Shown here: one piece after another, positions 1 to 11,700 of the stretch | Layout: each line of letters opens with the position of its first letter | Position numbering within the stretch: the first letter of the stretch is position 1 | Program-made: the position numbers and the translations under genes | Source: the human T2T-CHM13v2.0 reference genome, Homo sapiens | Assembly: GCF_009914755.1 (NCBI RefSeq) | Contig: NC_060948.1 | Direction: 5' to 3' (one strand) | Length of the DNA stretch: 64,000 bases | The notes under the pieces: generated by a model | What the model was told of the DNA's origin: nothing | Database searches by the model: none | Seen by the model: only the letters and a program-made list of their open reading frames with translations

Positions 1-99
1 CAAAGGAATGGAATGGAATAGTATGGAATGGAATGGAAAGGAATGGAGTGGAATAGACTAGAGTGGAATGGAATGGACTGGAAAGCAATGGACTGGAAT

Positions 100-114
100 G
101 GAACTTTCTTGAAT
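100..114. promoter_or_regulatory. Perfect 3-unit heat shock element motif, site 1 of each monomer
   Basis: gGAActTTCttGAAt fits nGAAnnTTCnnGAAn. Recurs at 3718, 7282, 10836, 14400, 17954, 21548, 25096, 28659, 32218, 35807, 39370, 42919, 46493, 50047, 53621, 57175 and 60749. The motif match is seen directly; binding is not shown. Confidence 0.6.
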
Positions 115-1585
115 GGACTGGAATCAAACGGAATGGAATGCAATGCAATCAAATGGCATGGAATAAAATAGAATGAAAGAGAATCAAATGGAATTGAATC
201 GAATGGAATCGAATGGATTGGAAAGGAATTGAATGGAATGGAATGGAATTGACTCAAATGGAATGGACTAGAATGGAATGGATTCGAATGGAAGGCAAAG
301 GAATGGAATCTATTGGAATGGACTGTAATGGAATGGAATGGAAGGGATTGGAATGGACTCGAATGGAATGGACTGCAATAGAAAGGATTCGAATGGAATG
401 AAAAAGAATTGAATGGAATAGAACAGAATGGAATCAAATCGAATGAAATGGAATGGAATAGAAAGGAATGGAATGAAATGGAATGGAAAGGATTCGAATG
501 GAATGCAATCGAATGGAATGGAATCGAACGGAATGGAATAAAATGGAAGAAAACTGGCAAGAAATGGAATCGAAATGAATGGAGTGTTATGGAACGGACT
601 CAAAAGGAATTGAATGTAATAGAATGGAGTGGAGTGGACACGAATATAATGGACTGGAATGGAATGAAATCACATGGAATGGGAACGAATGGAATGGAAT
701 GGAAAGGAATGGAATCGAATGGAAAGGAATCGAATGGAAAGGAATGGAATCGAATGGAAAGAATGGAAAGGAAGGGAATGAAATTGAATCAACAGGAATG
801 GAAGGGAATAGAATAGACGGTAATGGAGTGGACTCGAATAGAATGGACACGAATGCTCAAATTGAATGGACTCGAATGGAATGGAAACGAAAGGAATGTC
901 ATCGAATGGAATTGAATCGATTGGAATGAAATCGCATAGAATGGAGTGGAATCAAATGGAATTGAATCGAAAGGAAAGGAAGCGAATGGACTGAAATGAA
1001 ATGGAATGGAATTGAATGGAAAGTAATGCAATGGAATAGAATGGAACGAAATTTCACGGAATGGAATCAAACTGAATGGAATCAAATCAATGGAATCAAA
1101 TCAAATGGAATGGAAAGGAATTGAATGGAGTAGATTGGATTGGATGGGATTGGAATGAAATGTACTGGAAAGGACTCGAATTTCATGAAACGGAATGGAA
1201 TGAATTGGAACGGAATGGACTCGAATGGAATGGAATGTCATGGAATGGCATCAAATGGAATGGCATCAAATGGAATGGAATCGAATGCAATGGAATGCTA
1301 TGGAATGGAATGGAATGCATTGGAATGGAATGTCCTCTAATGGAATGGATTCGAGTGGAATGGAATCGAATATACTGGAGTCGAATGAAATGGAATTGAA
1401 AGGAATGGGATCGAATACAATGGAATATACTGGAATGTAATGTAATGAACTCGAATGTAATTGACTGGAATGGAATGTACATGAATGGAATGTAATCGAA
1501 TGGAAAGTAATCCAATGGAATAGAATCTAATGCAATAAAATCGACTCAGATAGAGTAGAATGTAATGGAATGGAGTGCAGTGCAA

Positions 1586-1690
1586 TGGAATGGAATGGAA
1601 TGGAATGCAATGGAATGGAATGGAATGGAATGGAATGGAATGGAATGGAATGGAATGGAATGGGATGGAATGGGATTGAATGGTATGGAA
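1586..1690 (+). repeat. Length-variable near-pure (TGGAA)n tract A, one per monomer
   Basis: Here (TGGAA)4 TGCAA (TGGAA)10 followed by TGGGA variants. The distance between fixed flanking landmarks varies from 538 to 583 bp across monomers, in 5-bp steps. Confidence 0.9.
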
Positions 1691-1900
1691 TGGATAGTAA
1701 TGGACTGGAATGAAATGGACTGGAAAGGAATGGACTCAAATTGAAAGGGCTCGAAAGGAATGGAGTCAAATGGAATGGTCTGGAATGGAATGAACACGAA
1801 TGTAATGCAATCCAATAGAATGGAATCGAATGGCATGGAATATAAAGAAATGGAATCGAAGAGAATGGAAACAAATGGAATGCAATTGAATGGAATGGAA

Positions 1901-2054
1901 TTGAATGGAATGGGAACGAATGGAGTGAAATTGTATGCAGTAGAAGGGAATAGAACGGAATGTAAGCGAAAGGAAAGGAATGGATTGGAATGGAATGGAA
2001 TTCATTGGAATGGAAGGGAATGTAGTGTAATGGACAGGCCTGGAATAAAGTGGA
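1901..2054 (+). other. Classic Y-specific (sexing) PCR target in DYZ1, repeated once per monomer
   Basis: TTGAATGGAATGGGAACGAATGG at 1901-1923 and GGACAGGCCTGGAATAAAGTGGA at 2032-2054 (reverse complement TCCACTTTATTCCAGGCCTGTCC). These match, from memory, the Y1.2/Y1.1 primer pair. The 154-bp span has an internal EcoRI site. Confidence 0.8.
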
Positions 2055-2411
2055 ATGCTACGGTCTCGAATGGAATAAAAATGTATGGAATGGAATGCAA
2101 AGAAACGGAATCGAATGTCATAGAATGTAATGGAATGCAAAAAAATGGAATCCAAAATCATTGACTGGAAAGGCTGGGTGTCGAAAGGAATTGACTCCAA
2201 TGGAATGGAATCGAATGGAATGGAAGTGAATAGAATCGAACTAAATCGAATGGAATGGAATTGATAGGAACGGAATGGAAAGGAATGCAATGATTTGGCA
2301 TGGAATGGAATCGAATGGCATCGAATGGAATGGAATGGAATGCAATGGAATGGAATGTATTAGAATGTAATGAACTTTAATGGAATGTACTCGAATGGAT
2401 TCGACTGGAAT

Positions 2412-2426
2412 GGAATGTTCTGGAAG
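2412..2426. promoter_or_regulatory. Perfect 3-unit heat shock element motif, site 2 of each monomer
   Basis: gGAAtgTTCtgGAAg. Recurs at 5976, 9540, 13094, 16648, 20222, 23780, 27353, 30912, 34491, 38064, 41613, 45187, 48741, 52315, 55869 and 63006. The copy at 59443 is disrupted (TTC>TTG). Confidence 0.6.
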
Positions 2427-2691
2427 TGAATGGACTCCAATGGAATGGATTCAAAAGGAATGGAATCGTACGGAATGGAATCTAATGGAATGGAATTAAA
2501 TGGAAATGAATCAAATTGAATAGCACGGAATTGAATTGAATGGAATGGAATGCAATGGAATCTAATGAAACGGAAAGGAAAGGAATGGAATGGAATGGAA
2601 TGGGCTGGAATGGAAAGGAATCGAAACGAATGGAATGGAATCGAACTGAAGAGACTGGAATGGAATGCACTGGAATGGAAGGGAGTGTAAT

Positions 2692-2706
2692 GGAAGGTTC
2701 TCGAAA
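2692..2706. promoter_or_regulatory. Perfect 3-unit heat shock element motif, site 3 of each monomer
   Basis: gGAAggTTCtcGAAa, 280 bp downstream of site 2 in every monomer. Intact in all 18 copies by eye. Confidence 0.6.
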
Positions 2707-5700
2707 AAAATGGAATCGAATGGAATGGAATTGAATGGAACGGAATAGAGTCGAATGGAATTGAATGGAATGGAATGGACTAGAGTGAAATGGAATCGAA
2801 CCACAAGGAATGGACAGGAATAGAATGGTCTCGAATTGAATGGAATCGTATGGAATGGCATCAAACGGAATGGAATGGACAGCCACGGAATGGAATGCAC
2901 TCGAATGCAATGGAGTCGAAACTAATGGACTGGAATAGAATGGACTCGACTGGTACGGACTCCAATGGAATGGAATCGAATGGAAGGGAATTGAACGGAA
3001 TGGACTCGAAGGGAAAAGACTGCAATGGAAAGGTCTCGAATGGAATGGAAATTAATGGAATGGAATGGAATCGAATGAAATGGAGTCAAAAGGAATGGAA
3101 TCGAATGGCAAGAAATCGAATGTAATGGAATCGCAAGGAATTGATGTGAACGGAACGGAATGGAATGGAATCCAAAGGAATGGAATAGAATGGAATGGAA
3201 TCGAATGGAAAGGACTCGAATGGAAATCACTCGAATAGAATGCAATTTAATAAAATAGGATCAAATGTAATGGAATGGAATGGAAAGGAATCGAAACGAA
3301 AGGAATGGAGACAGATGGAATGGAATGGAACAGAGAGCAATGGTATAGAATGGAATGGAATCATCTGGAATGGAATTGAATGGAATGGAATAATATGAAA
3401 TGGAATGGAATGGAATGGAATGGAATGCCCTTGAATTAAATGGACTGGAATGGAATGGACTCGAACAGAGTGGAATGGAAAGTGTTGAGATAGAATGGAA
3501 TGGACTCCTTTGAAATGGTGTAGTATGCAATGCAATCGACTGGCAGGGAATCAAAAGGAATGTAATCGAATGGATTGGACTGGAATGCAATGGACTCGAA
3601 TAGATTGGAAACGGAATGCAAAGGAATGGAATGGAATAGTATGGAATGGAATGGAAAGGAATGGAGTGGAATAGACTAGAGTGGAATGGAATGGACTGGA
3701 AAGCAATGGACTGGAATGGAACTTTCTTGAATGGACTGGAATCAAACGGAATGGAATGCAATGCAATCAAATGGCATGGAATAAAATAGAATGAAAGAGA
3801 ATCAAATGGAATTGAATCGAATGGAATCGAATGGATTGGAAAGGAATAGAATGGAATGGAATGGAATTGACTCAAATGGAATGGACTAGAATGGAATGGA
3901 TTCGAATGGAAGGCAAAGGAATGGAATCTATTGGAATGGACTGTAATGGAATGGAATGGAAGGGATTGGAATGGACTCGAATGGAATGGACTGCAATAGA
4001 AAGGATTCGAATGGAATGAAAAAGAATTGAATGGTATAGAACAGAATGGAATCAAATCGAATGAAATGGAATGGAATAGAAAGGAATGGAATGAAATGGA
4101 ATGGAAAGGATTCGAATGGAATGCAATCGAATGGAATGGAATCGAACGGAATGGAATAAAATGGAAGAAAACTGGCAAGAAATGGAATCGAAATGAATGG
4201 AGTGTTATGGAACGGACTCAAAAGGAATTGAATGTAATAGAATGGAGTGGAGTGGACTCGAATATAATGGACTGGAATGGAATGAAATCACATGGAATGG
4301 GAACGAATGGAATGGAATGGAAAGGAATGGAATCGAATGGAAAGGAATCGAATGGAAGGGAATGAAATTGAATCAACAGAAATGGAAGGGAATAGAATAG
4401 ACGGTAATGGAATGGACTCGAATAGAATGGACACGAATGCTCAAATTGAATGGACTCGAATGGAATGGAAACGAAAGGAATGTCATCGAATGGAATTGAA
4501 TCGATTGGAATGAAATCGCATAGAATGGAGTGGAATCAAATGGAATTGAATCGAAAGGAAAGGAAGCGAATGGACTGAAATGAAATGGAATGGAATTGAA
4601 TGGAAAGTAATGCAATGGAATAGAATGGAACGAAATTTCACGGAATGGAATCAAACTGAATGGAATCAAATCAATGGAATCAAATCAAATGGAATGGAAA
4701 GGAATTGAATGGAGTAGATTGGATTGGATGGGATTGGAATGAAATGTATTGGAAAGGACTCGAATTTCATGAAACGGAATGGAATGAATTGGAACGGAAT
4801 GGACTCGAATGGAATGTAATGTCATGGAATGGCATCAAATGGAATGGCATCAAATGGAATGGAATCGAATGCAATGGAATGCTATGGAATAGAATGGAAT
4901 GCATTGGAATGGAATGTCCTCTAATGGAATGGATTCGAGTGGAATGGAATCGAATATAATGGAGTCGAATGAAATGGAATTGAAAGGAATGGGATCGAAT
5001 ACAATGGAATATACTGGAATGTAATGTAATGAACTCGAATGTAATTGACTGGAATGGAATGTACATGAATGGAATGTAATCGAATGGAAAGTAATCCAAT
5101 GGAATAGAATCTAATGCAATAAAATCGACTCAGATAGAGTAGAATGTAATGGAATGGAGTGCAGTGCAATGGAATGGAATGGAATGGAATGCAATGGAAT
5201 GGAATGGATTGGAATGGAATCGAATGGAATGGGATGGGATGGAATGGTATGGAATGGATAGTAATGGACTGGAGTGAAATGGACTGGAAAGGAATGGACT
5301 CAAATTGAAAGGGCTCGAAAGGAATGGAGTCAAATGGAATGGTCTGGAATGGAATGAACACGAATGTAATGCAATCCAATAGAATGGAATCGAATGGCAT
5401 GGAATATAAAGAAATGGAATCGAAGAGAATGGAAACAAATGGAATGGAATTGAATGGAATGGAATTGAATGGAATGGGAACGAATGGAGTGAAATTGTAT
5501 GCAGTAGAAGGGAATAGAATGGAATGCAAGCGAAAGGAAAGGAATGGATTGGAATGGAATGGAATTCATTGGAATGGAAGGGAATGTAGTGTAATGGACA
5601 GGCCTGGAATAAAGTGGAATGCTACGGTCTCGAATGGAATAAAAATGTATGGAATGGAATGCAATGAAACGGAATCGAATGTCATAGAATGTAATGGAAT

Positions 5701-8700
5701 GCAAAAAAATGGAATCCAAAATCATTGACTGGAAAGGCTGGGTGTCGAAAGGAATTGACTCCAATGGAATGGAATCGAATGGAATGGAAGTGAATAGAAT
5801 CGAACTAAATCGAATGGAATGGAATTGATAGGAACGGAATGGAAAGGAATGCAATGATTTGGCATGGAATGGAATCGAATGGCATCGAATGGAATGGAAT
5901 GGAATGCAATGGAATGGAATGTATTAGAATGTAATGAACTTTAATGGAATGTACTCGAATGGATTCGACTGGAATGGAATGTTCTGGAAGTGAATGGACT
6001 CCAATGGAGTGGATTCAAAAGGAATGGAATCGTACGGAATGGAATCTAATGGAATGGAATTAAATGGAAATGAATCAAATTGAATAGCACGGAATTGAAT
6101 TGAATGGAATCGAATGCAATGGAATCAAATGAAACGGAAAGGAAAGGAATGGAATGGAATGGAATGGGCTGGAATGGAAAGGAATCGAAACGAATGGAAT
6201 GGAATCGAACTGAAGAGACTCGAATGGAATGCACTGGAATGGAAGGGAGTGTAATGGAAGGTTCTCGAAAAAAATGGAATCGAATGGAATGGAATTGAAT
6301 GGAACGGAATAGAGTCGAATGGAATTGAATGGAATGGAATGGACTAGAGTGAAATGGAATCGAACCACAAGGAATGGACAGGAATAGAATGGTCTCGAAT
6401 TGAATGGAATCGTATGGAATGGCATCAAACGGAATGGAATGGACAGCCACGGAATGGAATGCACTCGAATGCAATGGAGTCGAAACTAATGGACTGGAAT
6501 AGAATGGACTCGACTAGTACGGACTCCAATGGAATGGAATCGAATGGAAGGGAATCGATCGGAATGGACTCGAAGGGAAAAGACTGCAATGGAAAGGTCT
6601 CGAATGGAATGGAAATTAATGGAATGGAATGGAATCGAATGAAATGGAGTCAAAAGGAATGGAATCGAATGGCAAGAAATCGAATGTAATGGAATCGCAA
6701 GGAATTGACGTGAACGGAACGGAATGGAATGGAATCCAAAGGAATTGAATAGAATGGAATGGAATCGAATGGAAAGGACTCGAATGGAAATCACTCGAAT
6801 AGAATGCAATTTAATAAAATAGGATCAAATGTAATGGAATGGAATGGAAAGGAATGGAAACGAAAGGAATGGAGACAGATGGAATGGAATGGAACAGAGA
6901 GCAATGGTATAGAATGGAATGGAATCATCTGGAATGGAATTGAATGGAATGGAATAATATGAAATGGAATGGAATGGAATGGAATGGAATGCCCTTGAAT
7001 TAAATGGACTGGAATGGAATGGACTCGAACAGAGTGGAATGGAAAGTGTTGAGATAGAATGGAATGGACTCCTTTGGAATGGTGTAGTATGCAATGCAAT
7101 CGACTGGCAGGGAATCAAAAGGAATGTAATCGAATGGATTGGACTGGAATGCAATGGACTCGAATAGATTGGAAACGGAATGCAAAGGAATGGAATGGAA
7201 TAGTATGGAATGGAATGGAAAGGAATGGAGTGGAATAGACTAGAGTGGAATGGAATGGACTGGAAAGCAATGGACTGGACTGGAACTTTCTTGAATGGAC
7301 TGGAATCAAACGGAATGGAATGCAATGCAATCAAAAGGCATGGAATAAAATAGAATGAAAGAGAATCAAATGGAATTGAATCGAATGGAATCGAATGGAT
7401 TGGAAAGGATTAGAATGGAATGGAATGGAATTGACTCAAATGGAATGGACTAGAATGGAATGGATTCGAATGGAAGGCAAAGGAATGGAATCTATTGGAA
7501 TGGACTGTAATGGAATGGAATGGAAGGGATTGGAATGGACTCGAATGGAATGGACTGCAATAGAAAGGATTCGAATGGAATGAAAAAGAATTGAATGGAA
7601 TAGAACAGAATGGAATCAAATCGAATGAAATGGAATGGAATAGAAAGGAATGGAATGAAATGGAATGGAAAGGATTCGAATGGAATGCAATCGAATGGAA
7701 TGGAATCGAACGGAATGGAATAAAATGGAAGAAAACTGGCAAGAAATGGAATCGAAATGAATGGAGTGTTATGGAACGGACTCAAAAGGAATTGAATGTA
7801 ATAGAATGGAGTGGAGTGGACTCGAATATAATGGACTGGAATGGAATGAAATCACATGGAATGGGAACGAATGGAATGGAATGGAAAGGAATGGAATCGA
7901 ATGGAAAGGAATCGAATGGAAGGGAATGAAATTGAATCAACAGGAATGGAAGGGAATAGAATAGACGGTAATGGAATGGACTCGAATAGAATGGACACGA
8001 ATGCTCAAATTGAATGGACTCGAATGGAATGGAAACGAAAGGAATGTCATCGAATGGAATTGAATCGATTGGAATGAAATCGCATAGAATGGAGTGGAAT
8101 CAAATGGAATTGAATCGAAAGGAAAGGAAGCGAATGGACTGAAATGAAATGGAATGGAATTGAATGGAAAGTAATGCAATGGAATAGAATGGAACGAAAT
8201 TTCACGGAATGGAATCAAACTGAATGGAATCAAATCAATAGAATCAAATCAAATGGAATGGAAAGGAATTGAATGGAGTAGATTGGATTGGATGGGATTG
8301 GAATGAAATGTACTGGAAAGGACTCGAATTTCACAAAACGGAATGGAATGAATTGGAACGGAATGGACTCGAATGGAATGGAATGTCATGGAATGGCATC
8401 AAATGGAATGGCATCAAATGGAATGGAATCGAATGCAATGGAATGCTATGGAATGGAATGGAATGCATTGGAATGGAATGTCCTCTAATGGAATGGATTC
8501 GAGTGGAATGGAATCGAATATAATGGAGTCGAATGAAATGGAATTGAAAGGAATGGGATCGAATAAAATGGAATATACTGGAATGTAATGTAATGAACTC
8601 GAATGTAATTGACTGGAATGGAATGTACATGAATGGAATGTAATCGAATGGAAAGTAATCCAATGGAATAGAATCTAATGCAATAAAATCGACTCAGATA

Positions 8701-11700
8701 GAGTAGAATGTAATGGAATGGAGTGCAGTGCAATGGAATGGAATGGAATGGAATGCAATGGAATGGAATGGAATGGAATGGAATGGAATGGAATGTGATG
8801 GGATGGAATGGTATGGAATGGATAGTAATGGACTGGAGTGAAATGGACTGGAAAGGAATGGACTCAAATTGAAAGGGCTCGAAAGGAATGGAGTCAAATG
8901 GAATGGTCTGGAATGGAATGAACACGAATGTAATGCAATCCAATAGAATGGAATCGAATGGCATGGAATATAAAGAAATGGAATCGAAGAGAATGGAAAC
9001 AAATGGAATGGAATTGAATGGAATGGAATTGAATGGAATGGGAACGAATGGAGTGAAATTGTATGCAGTAGAAGGGAATAGAATGGAATGCAAGCGAAAG
9101 GAAAGGAATGGATTGGAATGGAATGGAATTCATTGGAATGGAAGGGAATGTAGTGTAATGGACAGGCCTGGAATAAAGTGGAATGCTACGGTCTCGAATG
9201 GAATAAAAATGTATGGAATGGAATGCAATGAAACGGAATCGACTGTCATAGAATGTAATGGAATGCAAAAAAATGGAATCCAAAATCATTGACTGGAAAG
9301 GCTGGGTGTCGAAAGGAATTGACTCCAATGGAATGGAATCGAATGGAATGGAAGTGAATAGAATCGAACTAAATCGAATGGAATGGAATTGATAGGAACG
9401 GAATGGAAAGGAATGCAATGATTTGGCATGGAATGGAATCGAATGGCATCGAATGGAATGGAATGGAATGCAATGGAATGGAATGTATTAGAATGTAATG
9501 AACTTTAATGGAATGTACTCGAATGGATTCGACTGGAATGGAATGTTCTGGAAGTGAATGGACTCCAATGGAATGGATTCAAAAGGAATGGAATCGTACG
9601 GAATGGAATCTAATGGAATGGAATTAAATGGAAATGAATCAAATTGAATAGCACGGAATTGAATTGAATGGAATGGAATGCAATGGAATCTAATGAAACG
9701 GAAAGGAAAGGAATGGAATGGAATGGAATGGGCTGGAATGGAAAGGAATCGAAACGAATGGAATGGAATCGAACTGAAGAGACTGGAATGGAATGCACTG
9801 GAATGGAAGGGAGTGTAATGGAAGGTTCTCGAAAAAAATGGAATCGAATGGAATGGAATTGAATGGAACGGAATAGAGTCGAATGGAATTGAATGGAATG
9901 GAATGGACTAGAGTGAAATGGAATCGAACCACAAGGAATGGACAGGAATAGAATGGTCTCGAATTGAATGGAATCGTATGGAATGGCATCAAACGGAATG
10001 GAATGGACAGCCACGGAATGGAATGCACTCGAATGCAATGGAGTCGAAACTAATGGACTGGAATAGAATGGACTCGACTGGTACGGACTCCAATGGAATG
10101 GAATCGAATGGAAGGGAATCGAACGGAATGGACTCGAAGGGAAAAGACTGCAATGGAAAGGTCTCGAATGGAATGGAAATTAATGGAATGGAATGGAATC
10201 GAATGAAATGGAGTCAAAAGGAATGGAATCGAATGGCAAGAAATCGAATGTAATGGAATCGCAAGGAATTGATGTGAACGGAACGGAATGGAATGGAATC
10301 CAAAGGAATGGAATAGAATGGAATGGAATCGAATGGAAAGGACTCGAATGGAAATCACTCGAATAGAATGCAATTTAATAAAATAGGATCAAATGTAATG
10401 GAATGGAATGGAAAGGAATCGAAACGAAAGGAATGGAGACAGATGGAATGGAATGGAACAGAGAGCAATGGTATAGAATGGAATGGAATCATCTGGAATG
10501 GAATTGAATGGAATGGAATAATATGAAATGGAATGGAATGGAATGGAATGGAATGCCCTTGAATTAAATGGACTGGACTCGAACAGAGTGGAATGGAAAG
10601 TGTTGAGATAGAATGGAATGGACTCCTTTGGAATGGTCTAGTATGCAATGCAATCGACTGGCAGGGAATCAAAAGGAATGTAATGGAATGGATTGGACTG
10701 GAATGCAATGGACTCGAATAGATTGGAAACGGAATGCAAAGGAATGGAATGGAATAGTATGGAATGGAATGGAAAGGAATGGAGTGGAATAGACTAGAGT
10801 GGAATGGAATGGACTGGAAAGCAATGGACTGGAATGGAACTTTCTTGAATGGACTGGAATCAAACGGAATGGAATGCAATGCAATCAAATGGCATGGAAT
10901 AAAATAGAATGAAAGAGAATCAAATGGAATTGAATCGAATGGAATCGAATGGATTGGAAAGGAATAGAATGGAATGGAATGGAATTGACTCAAATGGAAT
11001 GGACTAGAATGGAATGGATTCGAATGGAAGGCAAAGGAATGGAATCTATTGGAATGGACTGTAATGGAATGGAATGGAAGGGATTGGAATGGACTCGAAT
11101 GGAATGGACTGCAATAGAAAGAATTCGAATGGAATGAAAAAGAATTGAATGGAATAGAACAGAATGGAATCAAATCGAATGAAATGGAATGGAATAGAAA
11201 GGAATGGAATGAAATGGAATGGAAAGGATTCGAATGGAATGCAATCGAATGGAATGGAATCGAACGGAATGGAATAAAATGGAAGAAAACTGGCAAGAAA
11301 TGGAATCGAAATGAATGGAGTGTTATGGAACGGACTCAAAAGGAATTGAATGTAATAGAATGGAGTGGAGTGGACTCGAATATAATGGACTGGAATGGAA
11401 TGAAATCACATGGAATGGGAACGAATGGAATGGAATGGAAAGGAATGGAATCGAATGGAAAGGAATCGAATGGAAGGGAATGAAATTGAATCAACAGGAA
11501 TGGAAGGGAATAGAATAGATGGTAATGGAATGGACTCGAATAGAATGGACACGAATGCTCAAATTGAATGGACTCGAATGGAATGGAAACGAAAGGAATG
11601 TCATCGAATGGAATTGAATCGATTGGAATGAAATCGCATAGAATGGAGTGGAATCAAATGGAATTGAATCGAAAGGAAAGGAAGCGAATGGACTGAAATG

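Larger units (their letters stand above)
2039..5602 (+). repeat. Representative canonical-length DYZ1 monomer (HaeIII cut to HaeIII cut, 3564 bp)
   Basis: GGCC at 2037-2040 and 5601-5604. One EcoRI site lies 39 bp upstream of each HaeIII site (e.g. GAATTC 1998-2003). Confidence 0.95.

Noticed and set aside
1047-1061. Additional HSE-like sites (GAAatTTCacGGA here; TTCatGAA near 1182)
   Set aside because: Only two correct units and off the pentamer register, so they were not counted as canonical HSEs.
1534-1539. AATAAA polyadenylation-like hexamers (several per monomer)
   Set aside because: They arise readily from GGAAT plus A-rich variants. There is no transcript evidence in the sequence and no clear downstream GU-rich element.
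1611-1660. Non-B DNA or SCA31-like (TGGAA)n expansion
   Set aside because: Pure runs are only ~10 pentamers and are a generic satellite 3 property. Nothing window-specific supports a structural or pathogenic role.
3261-4178. Recurrent ~305-aa minus-strand ORF
   Set aside because: Low-complexity F/H/S/I/P sequence. Its length and end shift between monomers (169-323 aa) with indels and single substitutions, so there is no sign of coding constraint.
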